This document shows positions 28,001-37,835 of a stretch of 64,000 bases of DNA, piece by piece; the first letter of the stretch is position 1; every line of letters begins with the position of its first letter. Below the pieces are notes generated by a model. That model searched no databases and was not told the DNA's origin. It worked only from the letters and a program-made list of their open reading frames with translations. This stretch comes from a virus. Its lineage: Duplodnaviria > Caudoviricetes. Position numbers and translations under genes: made by a program. The stretch covers positions 64,001 to 128,000 of IMG/VR virus record IMGVR_UViG_3300028887_000070. The stretch is one strand, 5' to 3'.

Positions 28001-29452
28001 GTTCATATATTCTACGCTAGTACCAACGTCTGTAAAGGCTACAGTCAGATAATACTTAGGAAGCTCATTCAGTTCTTTGATATACTCAAAATATCCTCCA
28101 GGATATGGAGTAAGTCTAAGCGGATTAGAACCATTATCTCTATCCATGATACTCTGGTAAGCAGATGCAGGATCAGAAGAGTAAGGTATAGCATATTTTG
28201 TTCTGAAGGGTTCTGAGAGATTACCTATAGTCTGTATAATAGCCTGAGTTGCTAATATAGTAGCATATCCTCCAGCAAGTTTACCATAGACTGATCCGTA
28301 TTCGCCAGAATCTCCATTAGGAGTCATGAATGCACATACAGCTACGTTAGACTGAAGACGATTAAGGTCATCTATTTCAACGTTTGCTATAGGAGCCATT
28401 GCAAGTCCTTTATCACCACTCTCTGGTTGATAAGGATAGAACTGATACATCACAAGATCTTCATTATTCCTGATGAGAGAGTAGTTCATACAGTTGTTCT
28501 TCTGAATTGAAGCTGCTCTTGAGAGAAGATTGTATGATGTGCCTACAGTAGCATTTATAACTTCTTCTATTTCTCTGTCGAGATCTACTGAGAACATCTT
28601 AACTGTACCAGGTGCATTTGTGTCTACAGGGAAAATAAGGTCATACTGAGTAGACTCATCAGTAGTATTATTGATCGAACTGCAATACAGAGTAGGCTGA
28701 GGATCTATATTGTCCGATATGTACAACTGAGAAGGGTTGATGTCTACAAAGTACATGTATGCTTTGTCGGCATCTCTTGAAACTGTAGCGTATGCCTTAT
28801 TAGTCTTCTTCTGTGCAAGAAACAGTACAGATGCTTTGCCTTTCTTAGTCTTAAGCTTACTCGTAGTGGTTTGCATAGAACTTCTAAGAGTATGGTCTGT
28901 GTTCAGAGTATCATAGTATTCTTCTGGATACTGTCTTTTTGTACTACTAGAACCTTCAGCCGTACTATATCTGTAGAAGCTTAATGGGTTTATAGACTTC
29001 ATATCTATGATAGGGTCAGCATCACTTACAAGTGATGAGCTATCATCTTCTATTATCTGTCTTTTGAACTCTTTGAATGATCCTCCACCTATATCGTCAG
29101 TAGGAGCTATGAAGATCTTGTTAGCATCGAGATCTATAAGAGCCATTACATAGTCTCCGACTGCTGGAAGAGAGTCAAGTGGATCCCCATCAAAGTTGAA
29201 GCATTCGTCTTTGGTAAACTCTGCCACTAAGTCGTTGTTCTGGTTCTTTACATCAAATACCTTATGCCAAGAACTGTATGGAAAGTTAGGGAGAGTAGCA
29301 GTTGCTATGTATTCTTTGAGTATAATTCCTTTGACCTTAACTGGATATGACGTATCCATTGTAAGGTGATTGACTGCTGGTGCAGACGATCCAGGTTCTT
29401 GTGTAAGCGTATGGATAAGATCCATACGTCTTATGAGAAGATCTGTACTCAT
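25073..29452 (-). CDS. large virion protein, probable tail fibre/receptor-binding protein
   Basis: 1459 aa, beta-rich S/T/D composition, own late promoter 29479-29490; function inferred. Confidence 0.5.
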   Translation of the reverse strand: MSTDLLIRRMDLIHTLTQEPGSSAPAVNHLTMDTSYPVKVKGIILKEYIATATLPNFPYSSWHKVFDVKNQNNDLVAEFTKDECFNFDGDPLDSLPAVGDYVMALIDLDANKIFIAPTDDIGGGSFKEFKRQIIEDDSSSLVSDADPIIDMKSINPLSFYRYSTAEGSSSTKRQYPEEYYDTLNTDHTLRSSMQTTTSKLKTKKGKASVLFLAQKKTNKAYATVSRDADKAYMYFVDINPSQLYISDNIDPQPTLYCSSINNTTDESTQYDLIFPVDTNAPGTVKMFSVDLDREIEEVINATVGTSYNLLSRAASIQKNNCMNYSLIRNNEDLVMYQFYPYQPESGDKGLAMAPIANVEIDDLNRLQSNVAVCAFMTPNGDSGEYGSVYGKLAGGYATILATQAIIQTIGNLSEPFRTKYAIPYSSDPASAYQSIMDRDNGSNPLRLTPYPGGYFEYIKELNELPKYYLTVAFTDVGTSVEYMNQGIKFVPVRDVDNYISLTSQRPISFKINGVNTEINIENSDYAPYITTHWWNTGANGSKNIGIDMFSNPSNSHLVLAGSGNGLFGSNDDQFVELSSTIDPFDKTSVTPTTDDRHCTATYLMSDSIIEDIKTATGISEDQCKEVMFNFRVVHIAEDIEDIVYKLDDSSHGTTFTSEIQLDYSQDNAKFLIGTNLATPKYTFEYEISNFDVVPHFINNYGDTGRNFFSVRKLHVEYPHMVNFDTKEILYERVTVFILQEFIRAEFAANGNPGQIIRPISVVQNLGVDEMHIDSFRLFEDREFTTVVTKTMYEAYKTAAVDKTLYYYTGQDDDAHKTYGWYERSITLHFTPASPGSTDVQQNDVFYQENLVQHIWNASTSSWESVTCDRNKYIIRPRGVRLFPYSVVQVVPSSIAFYQPSCPYPRVPRMNEFPPRPDTQYGIDFQKWFKTIDCWKLFDRNESTALEKMAMYNRGIDEKFIYTDASKTKYRSLYDFMYDLFTKDIGNGQGKAKITDQNRNFETINTKMSFFDANTAITWQAENSYSTTAMYEFNVTSDHPHGGIDTFLRDKTDPTIDYSVNEANRINVAKVTTGLKKVTALSLTDENGDKLLLTGTGVDLIEADTINWKDLLLGLSSNRSIDIAGPLAGMKRYAKSNRKLEEHNRQATTGYAMIYNSDGTSTGMAIEGYDRYNWAKAFWSDSMIIDISTLPAYWYIDANTGSMGKEVDTILPVICPILGASFKGLTDIAADYLTGDSEPVRYEAFMFKVVKQSHDATGIAFDEVNTEDGLIERLADMSLTAPIVFIAGYPARIEIDTANHRFYIKSGFQEILNRKVFYHYIAEREETTGSVEGRKAPLALGFFKISGHHSSSAASKISSVFNTSDTKFSNDYVDGLYYATAEEGILRSTTRVLTFRWDDTLTISGTDDGKVPIYNPSASGYSGLYTDTTIDSNDGKEFVCVFDAKGRITSMTVVGDDPSF

Positions 29453-29523
29453 TACGTTTCCTCCTTTGTGTTGATTGTTACTTAGATGTTTCGGGACAAG
29501 AAAAAATAAGGGCAGGGGAGAGC

Positions 29524-30330
29524 CTAGTGCTCTCCCCTTCTTGTCAAGAGATACAGTTCGGAGACTACTGTATTCAGACTCATCAACAGGCTGTAGTTGT
29601 AATCAATGTTCAACGCTCCCCTATATGGTGGGTCTGGTGCCCTATCTATTGTGAACTCACTGACGAATCCAGGCATGATCCGAAAGTGAGACTGACTGTT
29701 GAACTCCCTATACCATTCGACAGGGAGTGATCTATTGATATACTCTTTCGATATACCACTTAGATAGTTGATAGCGGACTCAGTTCTTCCGTTCAATAGG
29801 TGGCCGAAGAGAGTACAGAGGAATGTAATCCAAGTGTCGGTGTGAATGGGAAGTGCTTCATCTTTAATACCCTTCACGTCTATGATAGAATCTTCATCTG
29901 TAGCTACTCCGAAGAAGAATTCTAACTTAGGACACTCTGTCTTCAAGAACAAGTCGTATCGGTTCTTTAAGACAAACTCTATAGGTGAGAACGAGGTCTG
30001 TTGTAGTGGACGAGTGATAAAGAGTGCATCTTTCTTTATCGAAACGATCTCATCCAGTTCTATAGAGTTGGATTCTATAAGAAGCCTTCTAGCTTCCTCA
30101 AAACCAGTCTCAAGTATTTGCTTGAGTTCTGGATTGTTCCTTTGCATGAGGCCTATCCTAATCTGTCGTTCTAGTTTATCCATCACTAGGAACTCATTAT
30201 AGGTCTCCTGAGATATAGCCCCATATTTCAATAAGATGGAGATGTTTGCTTTCCGTATGTCATACTCGTAGATGCTAGTCTGAATGTACCGTAGTGGTGT
30301 AGTATAGTTAGTCTTCTTCCATATGCTCAT
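29524..30330 (-). CDS. minimal family-B DNA polymerase-like protein (palm/thumb only)
   Basis: EYDIRKAN (motif A-like), SIKKDA (motif C-like), KNRY, DVKGI; 268 aa, no exonuclease domain. Confidence 0.5.
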   Translation of the reverse strand: MSIWKKTNYTTPLRYIQTSIYEYDIRKANISILLKYGAISQETYNEFLVMDKLERQIRIGLMQRNNPELKQILETGFEEARRLLIESNSIELDEIVSIKKDALFITRPLQQTSFSPIEFVLKNRYDLFLKTECPKLEFFFGVATDEDSIIDVKGIKDEALPIHTDTWITFLCTLFGHLLNGRTESAINYLSGISKEYINRSLPVEWYREFNSQSHFRIMPGFVSEFTIDRAPDPPYRGALNIDYNYSLLMSLNTVVSELYLLTRRGEH

Positions 30331-30345
30331 ACGTATCCCCTCCTA

Positions 30346-30828
30346 TCAGTATGGAGGATCATTTGGAAGATCGCTCCATCCAAAGTTTTCTCGAACCCAT
30401 CCGAGATCAAGTTCAATCTGCTCTAATCCTCTATCAGAGAATGTAGCTTCCTTGATCGTACTGATGTCTTCTGGTTCTTTGACTATATTACTTACACACC
30501 CATACATCATCAAGAGATATCCTGCCATAGTTTCAGCAAGATACTCCGCATATGGAATGCTGAAGTCAACTAAGATAACAACGTCATTACCATAGTGAAC
30601 GTAACGCATGATGTCTACAATCGCTTTGTGAGCTTCTGGACTAGCCGTCCACAAGTTATAACAGAAACGATTGAACTGAGCATCATCATTGTACATAGCA
30701 TAGTTGTTACTATAGTTGAAGGGGTCCAAGATAGCTACGCTATTGAACCCCTCCTTATATGAGCACAATGTAAATATCATTGTGTCTGTAGTACTTATTG
30801 CAAATGGGAATTGACTGAAAGCAATCAT
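30346..30828 (-). CDS. hypothetical protein
   Basis: 160-aa ORF in operon, 4-nt overlap with upstream gene. Confidence 0.7.
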   Translation of the reverse strand: MIAFSQFPFAISTTDTMIFTLCSYKEGFNSVAILDPFNYSNNYAMYNDDAQFNRFCYNLWTASPEAHKAIVDIMRYVHYGNDVVILVDFSIPYAEYLAETMAGYLLMMYGCVSNIVKEPEDISTIKEATFSDRGLEQIELDLGWVRENFGWSDLPNDPPY

Positions 30829-31409
30829 CTCTGATCACCCCACATAGGAGTGAACAACATCTGCTGCTGTGGCTGCTGAGGTAGCGGATAGATTCCGTAT
30901 GCATAAGCCTTGTTCTGTATCTGTCCTACATATGCTTGGTGGATACTGGATGCCTGAGGCGGCTGTGGGAATGTAGCTATTAAAATACCATAGAAGTCTC
31001 TTAAGACATCAAACAGAACATTTGTGAATGCTCTCGGGTCTAAAGGATTCACTATCTTGTCTCCACCCTCCTGATAGAAGATGAAGTCGATATCCTCAAA
31101 GAGCATCTTAGCTGCAATAATTGAGATGAACTCATCTATTGCTGGAGTCATATCTGACTTAACAAGATACATCTTATAGTTGATCTCGAAGTTGTATCTG
31201 TCTCCATTCTGTAAGAACGCAAAGCAGTTCAAATCAGGAAGCAGAATACTTCCAATCAATACATTCTGAGCTGCCATAGCCTGAACTTGTGCCTGATCAA
31301 TCATAGGATCATCAAGCAAAATAACAAAGTGATTACGTCCATTGTTAGTAAGAGTCTGTCTTACCATTCCAAGGTCGTTAGCATTGTTTATATAGTACGC
31401 AAGTGCCAT
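30825..31409 (-). CDS. hypothetical protein
   Basis: 194 aa, RBS AGGAGGT, Q/P-rich tail. Confidence 0.7.
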   Translation of the reverse strand: MALAYYINNANDLGMVRQTLTNNGRNHFVILLDDPMIDQAQVQAMAAQNVLIGSILLPDLNCFAFLQNGDRYNFEINYKMYLVKSDMTPAIDEFISIIAAKMLFEDIDFIFYQEGGDKIVNPLDPRAFTNVLFDVLRDFYGILIATFPQPPQASSIHQAYVGQIQNKAYAYGIYPLPQQPQQQMLFTPMWGDQR

Positions 31410-31468
31410 ACTAGTACCTCCTTTTCTATAGTGTTAGGGGGTGAGTAAAATCACCCCACACATTATGC

Positions 31469-33868
31469 TTAGTGACGCTTCTTGTTGTTCTTCTTATTCT
31501 TACCGCCACCGTTATAGTCGTTGTTCCTGTTGTTCTTCTTGTTCTGCTTGTTAGCGTACTTCTTAGCTCTCGCTGCCTTAGCAGGATCATAGTAACCAAC
31601 AGGTGTATTGTTTGTGATGATTGAAGAGGTTGTGATGGTCATTGAATCATCATCGTCTTCTTCAGGATTGAAGTTCTCGTCGACATAGTCTCTGAACGAC
31701 TTCTCCTCTTCACCCCAATCTTCTCCTTCCTTTCTAGGCTGAGGAGCGAAAGTTGATGAATTGTATTCCTGCTTCTCAGGATTAGGCGTTGTATCGCCAG
31801 GCTTAATCATCCAAGGGAACAGCTGACCTTTCTCGGCAGCGTCTTTGATAATCTTTGCCTTTTCTTCTTCGTCATCGATATATGACTCATCTTCATCATA
31901 CTTATTCAGAAGAATGTCATCATCTGAGAGTTTTACTTCAACAGTGTCTTCTACTCCTGCATAAGCAGCAGTGTCACTTTCAGAGATCACTACAGGATCT
32001 TCCATAGGAACTTCTACTGTCTCTTCCTCGTCATCAGGCACATTAGGCTCTGACTCACCCTCTCCTGTTACAGTCTCCTGAAGTTTCTCTTCGATAAGCT
32101 TAGGGATATGCTTAAAGAGCGCAGGAATGATCCTCTTGACTGTCTCCTTGATAAGTTCGTCTTTATCAGACTCTTCAAGAATGCATTCACGAACGGATAT
32201 ATCCTTGATAGCGTTCTCGAGTCCCATAAGTCTGTCTTTGAACTCACCAATTATAACAGTAACGTTATGATCGATTCCTTCAATTGACTCTCTCATACTC
32301 TTTGAATCTACCTCGATAGCAGAGAAGTTCTCATTGATCTTCGTTGCATCTCCAGTATATTCATCATTTATAGCTTTCAGACCAGTTGTAAGGTTGTCAA
32401 CCTTTTCGCTGATAGTGTTAACTGTTCCCTCAAGCTCGTTGATCTTGTTATAGATTGAGGTAGCAAACTTGTCAAACTCATCACGAGTGATGTAGTCATC
32501 CTCATTGTCTTCGTTATTATCGTCCTCATCTAAACCTTCAAGCTCTCCCTTATAACTATCAGCAAGAACTTCAGCAGTATCCGAATAGGAGTTGAGTACT
32601 GCGGTGTCATCGAAAGACGATGTCTCTTCGATAACTTCTCCTTCGAAATGTTCTACAGGAGTTGTCTCGTCTTCTTCAACGTCAATAACTTCTTCCTCTT
32701 TTTCAACTTCATCTTCATCGTCTTCTGCCATCACTCTAAGACCTGAAGAGAAGTTGTTGCTGTCAGATGCGAATGCTGTAAGTTTATTCATAGACTCAAT
32801 GAACTGATCTACTCCTTCTTCGGCTGCTGTAGGAGCTTCTATAGGACCGCTTATCACTGGAGGTGTGATACTCTCTGGTGCTGCTTTGGGAGCATGCTCC
32901 ATATCGATAAAGCTTGATGCTCTGCTAGGTGTAACTACCTGCTTAGTTTTCTGACTTACTCCGTCGATGATTACATCATCTGTGTCAAAGATAATTTCGA
33001 TGCTCATATTACTTAACTCTCCTTTTCTGTTTGAGCCACCCTTTACATAGGTGGTGTTACGGTTGATTGTGGTTGCGTTTGTAGCCATAAGGCTTTTGAT
33101 CTCGTATTTCTGTCCGCAGACAGTACATTCCATCTTATTGAACCCGAGATCGAAGTCGATAAGACCATTACATGGCATCTCTATACCATGTCTTTTAATC
33201 CTCTTAGTACAATAGCACTTCTTAGGATCAAGGATAACTACTGATGGGAAGTCACATAAGATTGGGCCGAAGTTTCTTCTGATAACCCACTGCTTAGGAG
33301 TTGCGATTCCCACATCAGTCATAGCAATCTTTCTTCTTCTGAAGACTATATCAAGAATGTCGAAGATCTGATCACCATAGTCTACTATACTATCCTTATC
33401 TACTCTAATACCAACTTCATCCAAAGCTATTGCCCCAGACTGGGTAATGTCGTAGACCTTAGTACAGTATGGCTTCAGAACGTGCTGGACATTGAACTCG
33501 TCCTTGTTGTTCTTAAAGCCTTCGAATGAGGTGCTTATCTTAGCACCAAACTGAGGGAACTCTATAGATGAATAGAACCTACGATTGGTTCCACCTATCT
33601 CAGTCTTGAACCCTCTGCTTGCCATAAACTCGTCCAGAAGATGATACTTCTCTATTGGGTGAGTAGTTAGAGTTGGTGAGACAGCTACGTCCTCGACGAA
33701 CTTAACGTCTTGAGGAGTGAACCATCTCGTCAGTGGTGGACTCTGCCAAGAATCATACCAACGTATCATTTGATCGTCGATAGTCATCTCTGGATTGAAT
33801 CCGTGCACTTCTTTGTACTTCGCTACAGGGTCGAAGTATATCTTGTCAAGATTTTTGTTAACCTTCAC
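31469..33868 (-). CDS. protein-kinase-like domain + Zn ribbon + acidic coiled-coil protein
   Basis: GGTNR, AKIS, NKDE, TDVG..KQW, ILCDF; CYC..CNG..CTVC; very acidic C-terminal half with basic tail. Confidence 0.5.
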   Translation of the reverse strand: MKVNKNLDKIYFDPVAKYKEVHGFNPEMTIDDQMIRWYDSWQSPPLTRWFTPQDVKFVEDVAVSPTLTTHPIEKYHLLDEFMASRGFKTEIGGTNRRFYSSIEFPQFGAKISTSFEGFKNNKDEFNVQHVLKPYCTKVYDITQSGAIALDEVGIRVDKDSIVDYGDQIFDILDIVFRRRKIAMTDVGIATPKQWVIRRNFGPILCDFPSVVILDPKKCYCTKRIKRHGIEMPCNGLIDFDLGFNKMECTVCGQKYEIKSLMATNATTINRNTTYVKGGSNRKGELSNMSIEIIFDTDDVIIDGVSQKTKQVVTPSRASSFIDMEHAPKAAPESITPPVISGPIEAPTAAEEGVDQFIESMNKLTAFASDSNNFSSGLRVMAEDDEDEVEKEEEVIDVEEDETTPVEHFEGEVIEETSSFDDTAVLNSYSDTAEVLADSYKGELEGLDEDDNNEDNEDDYITRDEFDKFATSIYNKINELEGTVNTISEKVDNLTTGLKAINDEYTGDATKINENFSAIEVDSKSMRESIEGIDHNVTVIIGEFKDRLMGLENAIKDISVRECILEESDKDELIKETVKRIIPALFKHIPKLIEEKLQETVTGEGESEPNVPDDEEETVEVPMEDPVVISESDTAAYAGVEDTVEVKLSDDDILLNKYDEDESYIDDEEEKAKIIKDAAEKGQLFPWMIKPGDTTPNPEKQEYNSSTFAPQPRKEGEDWGEEEKSFRDYVDENFNPEEDDDDSMTITTSSIITNNTPVGYYDPAKAARAKKYANKQNKKNNRNNDYNGGGKNKKNNKKRH

Positions 33869-35472
33869 TATACTTCCTCCCCCATCGCCTTGTACTGAGC
33901 CAACCTTGCATTGACATTGTACTCAGTCAACGCATCTTGCTGCTCTGGTGTCAGTTGCGCTGTTAGATCCTTTGTTGGATCAAACAGAGGCTTACCATAC
34001 ATGTCTCTAATCACTCCATTGGCGTCAGGAGCGATAGGAGCTGTACCTACAATTGGAGGGCATGGTTCTGTATCTCTTTCAGGTGGATTATAATCTACCC
34101 TCATATCACCAGTTCTAAGCTTCTCCAAGAATGCTCTCTTTCGCATTTCGTAGTTGACTTTCAGTTTGTTAGTCAGATACTGTTCGACCTGAGGGCCATT
34201 GAACAACTCTGGGTGGTTCTGATAGTCATAGGCGAGTTTCACGTCTCTTCTATCTCCGAGATGAGTCGGAAGAGTGTTCATGTCGAATCGAATGTTCGGA
34301 TCAATGCCACTCATATAGAAGCTCTGCGTATACTCCTTAGGACTCATATAGCAACCCGCCTTCCAACGAGTCATATGTCTCTTATAGTCCTTAAGATAGT
34401 ACGTATTGTACACCCACTTCATATATGGATCATCAACCCCAAGTTCCATCTTACTCTTGTATGTCGATGCCAACGCTTCTGCAGGTGGAGCGCAAACTAC
34501 ATCAAAGATGTACTGAGCTCTTTGTTGTTCATAAGCTGCTCTATAACAGTTATCGTAGAAGTGAAGTCTAGACTGATACTCTGCTACATCATAAGACTTA
34601 GTATACACTATCTTGTGCTTACCTGTCTCAGGATCATTTGGCTGAGTCATGAGTCTCTCCTCACCATCTTCCATAACGGCTACTACACTAACTCCAGACT
34701 CTTCAACTCTCTGGAAGTTCTCATCATACGTATAGCCCATGAAAGAATGGTCTGCTTCATATCTCTTCTTCTGAAGATCTTCTGGAGAAGGATACATCTG
34801 TCTCATCATTTCGTCTACCTGCTTAGTCCAATCTTCAACGGACACATTCTCAGGTCTACCCCACATGAGGGTACCTCTCCAATAGTTCTTTTCTGTCTCT
34901 ATACGAGCTTCTTGAGCCTTTCTGATTTCTTCAGCTTGCTCTTGGTTCATCATAGGAGCTCCATAGATTCCACCCATGCCAAACATTGCTGCTCCATAAC
35001 CCTGTTGTGGTTGAGAATAGCAAGATCCTCCCAACGGATTGTATGCAGTAGCTGCAGCATTGATGATTGGGTTTCTGTTCACAATCGGCATCGTCTGAGT
35101 CTGACTAGCCATATTGCTCTGCTGTCTTGCTATCTTCTGCCAAGTAGTAGAGTTTACTCCATCATCGCTAGATACACAAGACATTCCTTCTTCTAACTCA
35201 TTCAGACCATCGAATGAGAAGTCGACTGCTTCCTGTGCTGTAGGAAGCGTTTTAGAGCCAGACAATTCACTATTCACATATGCCTGACTGTTTCTTAATA
35301 ATCTCTCCTTTCTCTCCGCTCTTCTTTTCTTATGCTCTTCTAGCATAGATAATGCGTCTGGTGGCGGAGTTGGTGTAGTGGTTGTTGTTCCTCGTTTCAA
35401 TTTGTTGAGTGAAGCCATTTGATCATTCCTTTCTCGTAATGAGATGTCGAGAGTATAGTAAGGTTGTGCCAT
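33868..35472 (-). CDS. hypothetical protein with low-complexity N-terminal third
   Basis: 534 aa; early-type motif at 35503-35517. Confidence 0.7.
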   Translation of the reverse strand: MAQPYYTLDISLRERNDQMASLNKLKRGTTTTTPTPPPDALSMLEEHKKRRAERKERLLRNSQAYVNSELSGSKTLPTAQEAVDFSFDGLNELEEGMSCVSSDDGVNSTTWQKIARQQSNMASQTQTMPIVNRNPIINAAATAYNPLGGSCYSQPQQGYGAAMFGMGGIYGAPMMNQEQAEEIRKAQEARIETEKNYWRGTLMWGRPENVSVEDWTKQVDEMMRQMYPSPEDLQKKRYEADHSFMGYTYDENFQRVEESGVSVVAVMEDGEERLMTQPNDPETGKHKIVYTKSYDVAEYQSRLHFYDNCYRAAYEQQRAQYIFDVVCAPPAEALASTYKSKMELGVDDPYMKWVYNTYYLKDYKRHMTRWKAGCYMSPKEYTQSFYMSGIDPNIRFDMNTLPTHLGDRRDVKLAYDYQNHPELFNGPQVEQYLTNKLKVNYEMRKRAFLEKLRTGDMRVDYNPPERDTEPCPPIVGTAPIAPDANGVIRDMYGKPLFDPTKDLTAQLTPEQQDALTEYNVNARLAQYKAMGEEV

Positions 35473-35584
35473 TGGCCATTTGTCGCAACCCTATACTCGC
35501 TCTTATAATATATAACTTACACTTTGTTTGCGATAACTACTTAGTAACAAAGCCTGGATGGGCATGATTAGAAAGCGAGTGTGA

Positions 35585-36307
35585 ATGCACATGGAAAAGT
35601 TAAGAGATATGATGATGGACTCTATCGCCCCGTTTCATAAGAAGCGGTCTCGTTATGAGAGTGGCGGAAGAGGTGTTCCATCGGTAACAGAGATCCTCGG
35701 TTATATAGATAACCAGGGTCTGATTGATTGGGCGAATGCCATTGGCCGAAGAGGTCAGAACAACAAAGATGTAGCAGCGAAGGCTGCTAGATATGGAACA
35801 GCTACTCATTCAGCTATAGAGAACTACTTGAAGGAGGGTTACGATACAGGATTCCTTGATAACTCCTCGTTCAAAGCTTTCCTTAAGTGGTGGAACGGAA
35901 TCAATAGCTGTCACAAGGTAGTAATTTTAGGACAGGAAGAAGCTCTAGTAACTGAGCTCTTTGCTGGCACGTATGATCTGCTTGTCTCTATAGATGGAAA
36001 GATCTATATGATCGACTTCAAGACAAGCAATCACGTAAACTATAAGTACTTCATGCAGCTGGCTGCCTACAGATATCTGATATACAGACTCAAAGGTATC
36101 AGCATTGATGGAGTAATCATTCTTCAACTGGGTAAAGGTCCAAATGCAGGGTTCACAGAGTTCCCTCTGGACTTCAATATACCAGAACACTACAACTTCA
36201 TAGAGAATTGCATGAATGCCTTTGTGGGAGCTCTCTATACATATCATAACGCAGAGCCTCTAAAGGATCAGTTCAAAGATGTATTCTATGAGCTAAACAA
36301 AAAATAA
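35585..36307 (+). CDS. PD-(D/E)XK exonuclease (Cas4/RecB-like superfamily)
   Basis: PSVTEIL, GTATHSAIE, AGTYDLL, IDFKTS, QLAAY. Confidence 0.85.
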   Translation: MHMEKLRDMMMDSIAPFHKKRSRYESGGRGVPSVTEILGYIDNQGLIDWANAIGRRGQNNKDVAAKAARYGTATHSAIENYLKEGYDTGFLDNSSFKAFLKWWNGINSCHKVVILGQEEALVTELFAGTYDLLVSIDGKIYMIDFKTSNHVNYKYFMQLAAYRYLIYRLKGISIDGVIILQLGKGPNAGFTEFPLDFNIPEHYNFIENCMNAFVGALYTYHNAEPLKDQFKDVFYELNKK

Positions 36308-36337
36308 GGGTGGGGAGTCAATCGACTCCCCATACTC

Positions 36338-37717
36338 TTACGTCCATTCTGCATCTGATATCATCTGGTTATCAACAAGCAGTTTCTTAAGCTGTCTCTT
36401 GATCTGACCATATGATCTAGTCTTCGCAGGATCATACTCAACACCAATAGCACAGCACATTGCCTGATATCTATCGATGCCGTTTCTCTCAGCATCTTGA
36501 TATGCATTGTATGCTGCAGCTGCAAGGTTGACGTCATAAATGACTTTCTCACTGTTGCTCTTAAGATGTTCAATCTCCTTCTTCATAGCTTCGATTGTAG
36601 CCTTGTGTCTCTCATCAGCAGCTTTGAAGTTATCAACTACTTGCTTAGACTTTTCCAAAGCTTCGTTTTGTGTACTGATAATAGATTCAAGCTTAGCAAT
36701 CGTACCTTCAAGCTCCTTGATCTTCTTATTATAGTCTTTAGGAAGATCTTTCTGCTTCTCAAGAACCTGTTCGAGCTGTTCACGTGCCATTGCTTCTCCA
36801 CAAGCCTGCTCATTGAGCTTCTGATTCTCTTCGACAAGTTCATTCCTCTCCCTACGGAACTCATTCCTTTCTTTCTCAAGCTCCATATACTGATCTTGAA
36901 GTTTGTAGAGTTCTGTATTGTCTTGGTAGAGTCTGAAAGACTTTGGATCTTGTTCGTAGAGATAACTTAGAATACGGTTAACGTTGTATCCTTTCTCTAC
37001 ATATACCATTTTAAAGTCTTCCAGAAGAACCTGTTCTACTGCAGTTTGGTTCATTGTTACTGGAACTGACTCAACTGATGATATAGGGAATGTTATGATT
37101 TGTCCATGATCAAGATACGAGATCGCATTAACGTTCCTGCTCAGGACGTCTGGTGTACTAGGAATCGCACTACGACGATTTCCAGTGATACTTCCGATCA
37201 TACCAGGCTTAGAGCACAATGGGATTCCCCTAGCCAAATGGCTATCGCACCAGAGCACGAGAACGGGGCGATGAGCACCTGCTATAAGCTCGTTTTCGAT
37301 ATCGTCTTTCTCATCGAAGACACCTGAAGTGATAACTACATCTCCAGGCTGAACTAATGGTCTGTTGAACTGCTTCACCATATTTTTGTTAAGTATAAGA
37401 TTGGGTCTGTTCTTCTTACTAGAATCGACGATAGGCACTTTAACAGTCTTAGGAGTTTCGACTGTATCTAGAAGAGTGATAGCCTCAGTCTTCGGTTTCG
37501 GAGGCTCTATAACTACTGGTTCTGAAATGGGGAGCTTTGATTCAGTAGCTTCAATAATCTTGGCCTCTACAGAAGCTTCTTTCTTCGATAAATCTTCTTC
37601 GATTTGGGATTTGGTTTCTTCCACTGTCGGTGTAATAGGTGATAGTTCTTGGATCTTCTTCGAACCGATGTAAAAGGTGTTATTGCTTCGGTTCTTTTTC
37701 TTCTTACGTGATTGCAT
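36338..37717 (-). CDS. PemK/MazF-like domain protein with C-terminal coiled coil
   Basis: QPGDVV..HRPVLVL..IPLCS..SYLDHGQIITF; early motif 37762-37780. Confidence 0.55.
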   Translation of the reverse strand: MQSRKKKKNRSNNTFYIGSKKIQELSPITPTVEETKSQIEEDLSKKEASVEAKIIEATESKLPISEPVVIEPPKPKTEAITLLDTVETPKTVKVPIVDSSKKNRPNLILNKNMVKQFNRPLVQPGDVVITSGVFDEKDDIENELIAGAHRPVLVLWCDSHLARGIPLCSKPGMIGSITGNRRSAIPSTPDVLSRNVNAISYLDHGQIITFPISSVESVPVTMNQTAVEQVLLEDFKMVYVEKGYNVNRILSYLYEQDPKSFRLYQDNTELYKLQDQYMELEKERNEFRRERNELVEENQKLNEQACGEAMAREQLEQVLEKQKDLPKDYNKKIKELEGTIAKLESIISTQNEALEKSKQVVDNFKAADERHKATIEAMKKEIEHLKSNSEKVIYDVNLAAAAYNAYQDAERNGIDRYQAMCCAIGVEYDPAKTRSYGQIKRQLKKLLVDNQMISDAEWT

Positions 37718-37835
37718 ACACAATCTCCTTTCATGATAGATTAGCATAGGCGTCTATGCTTACTATAATAGTATATAACTCTATAGATACTTACCATACC
37801 CAGAACTTCTAAGTAATCGGAAAAGGAGGAGTTAC

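Noticed and set aside
35585-36307. Cas4-like nuclease as a sign of CRISPR-Cas
   Set aside because: No repeat-spacer array or other cas genes seen; solo PD-(D/E)XK nucleases are common in phages
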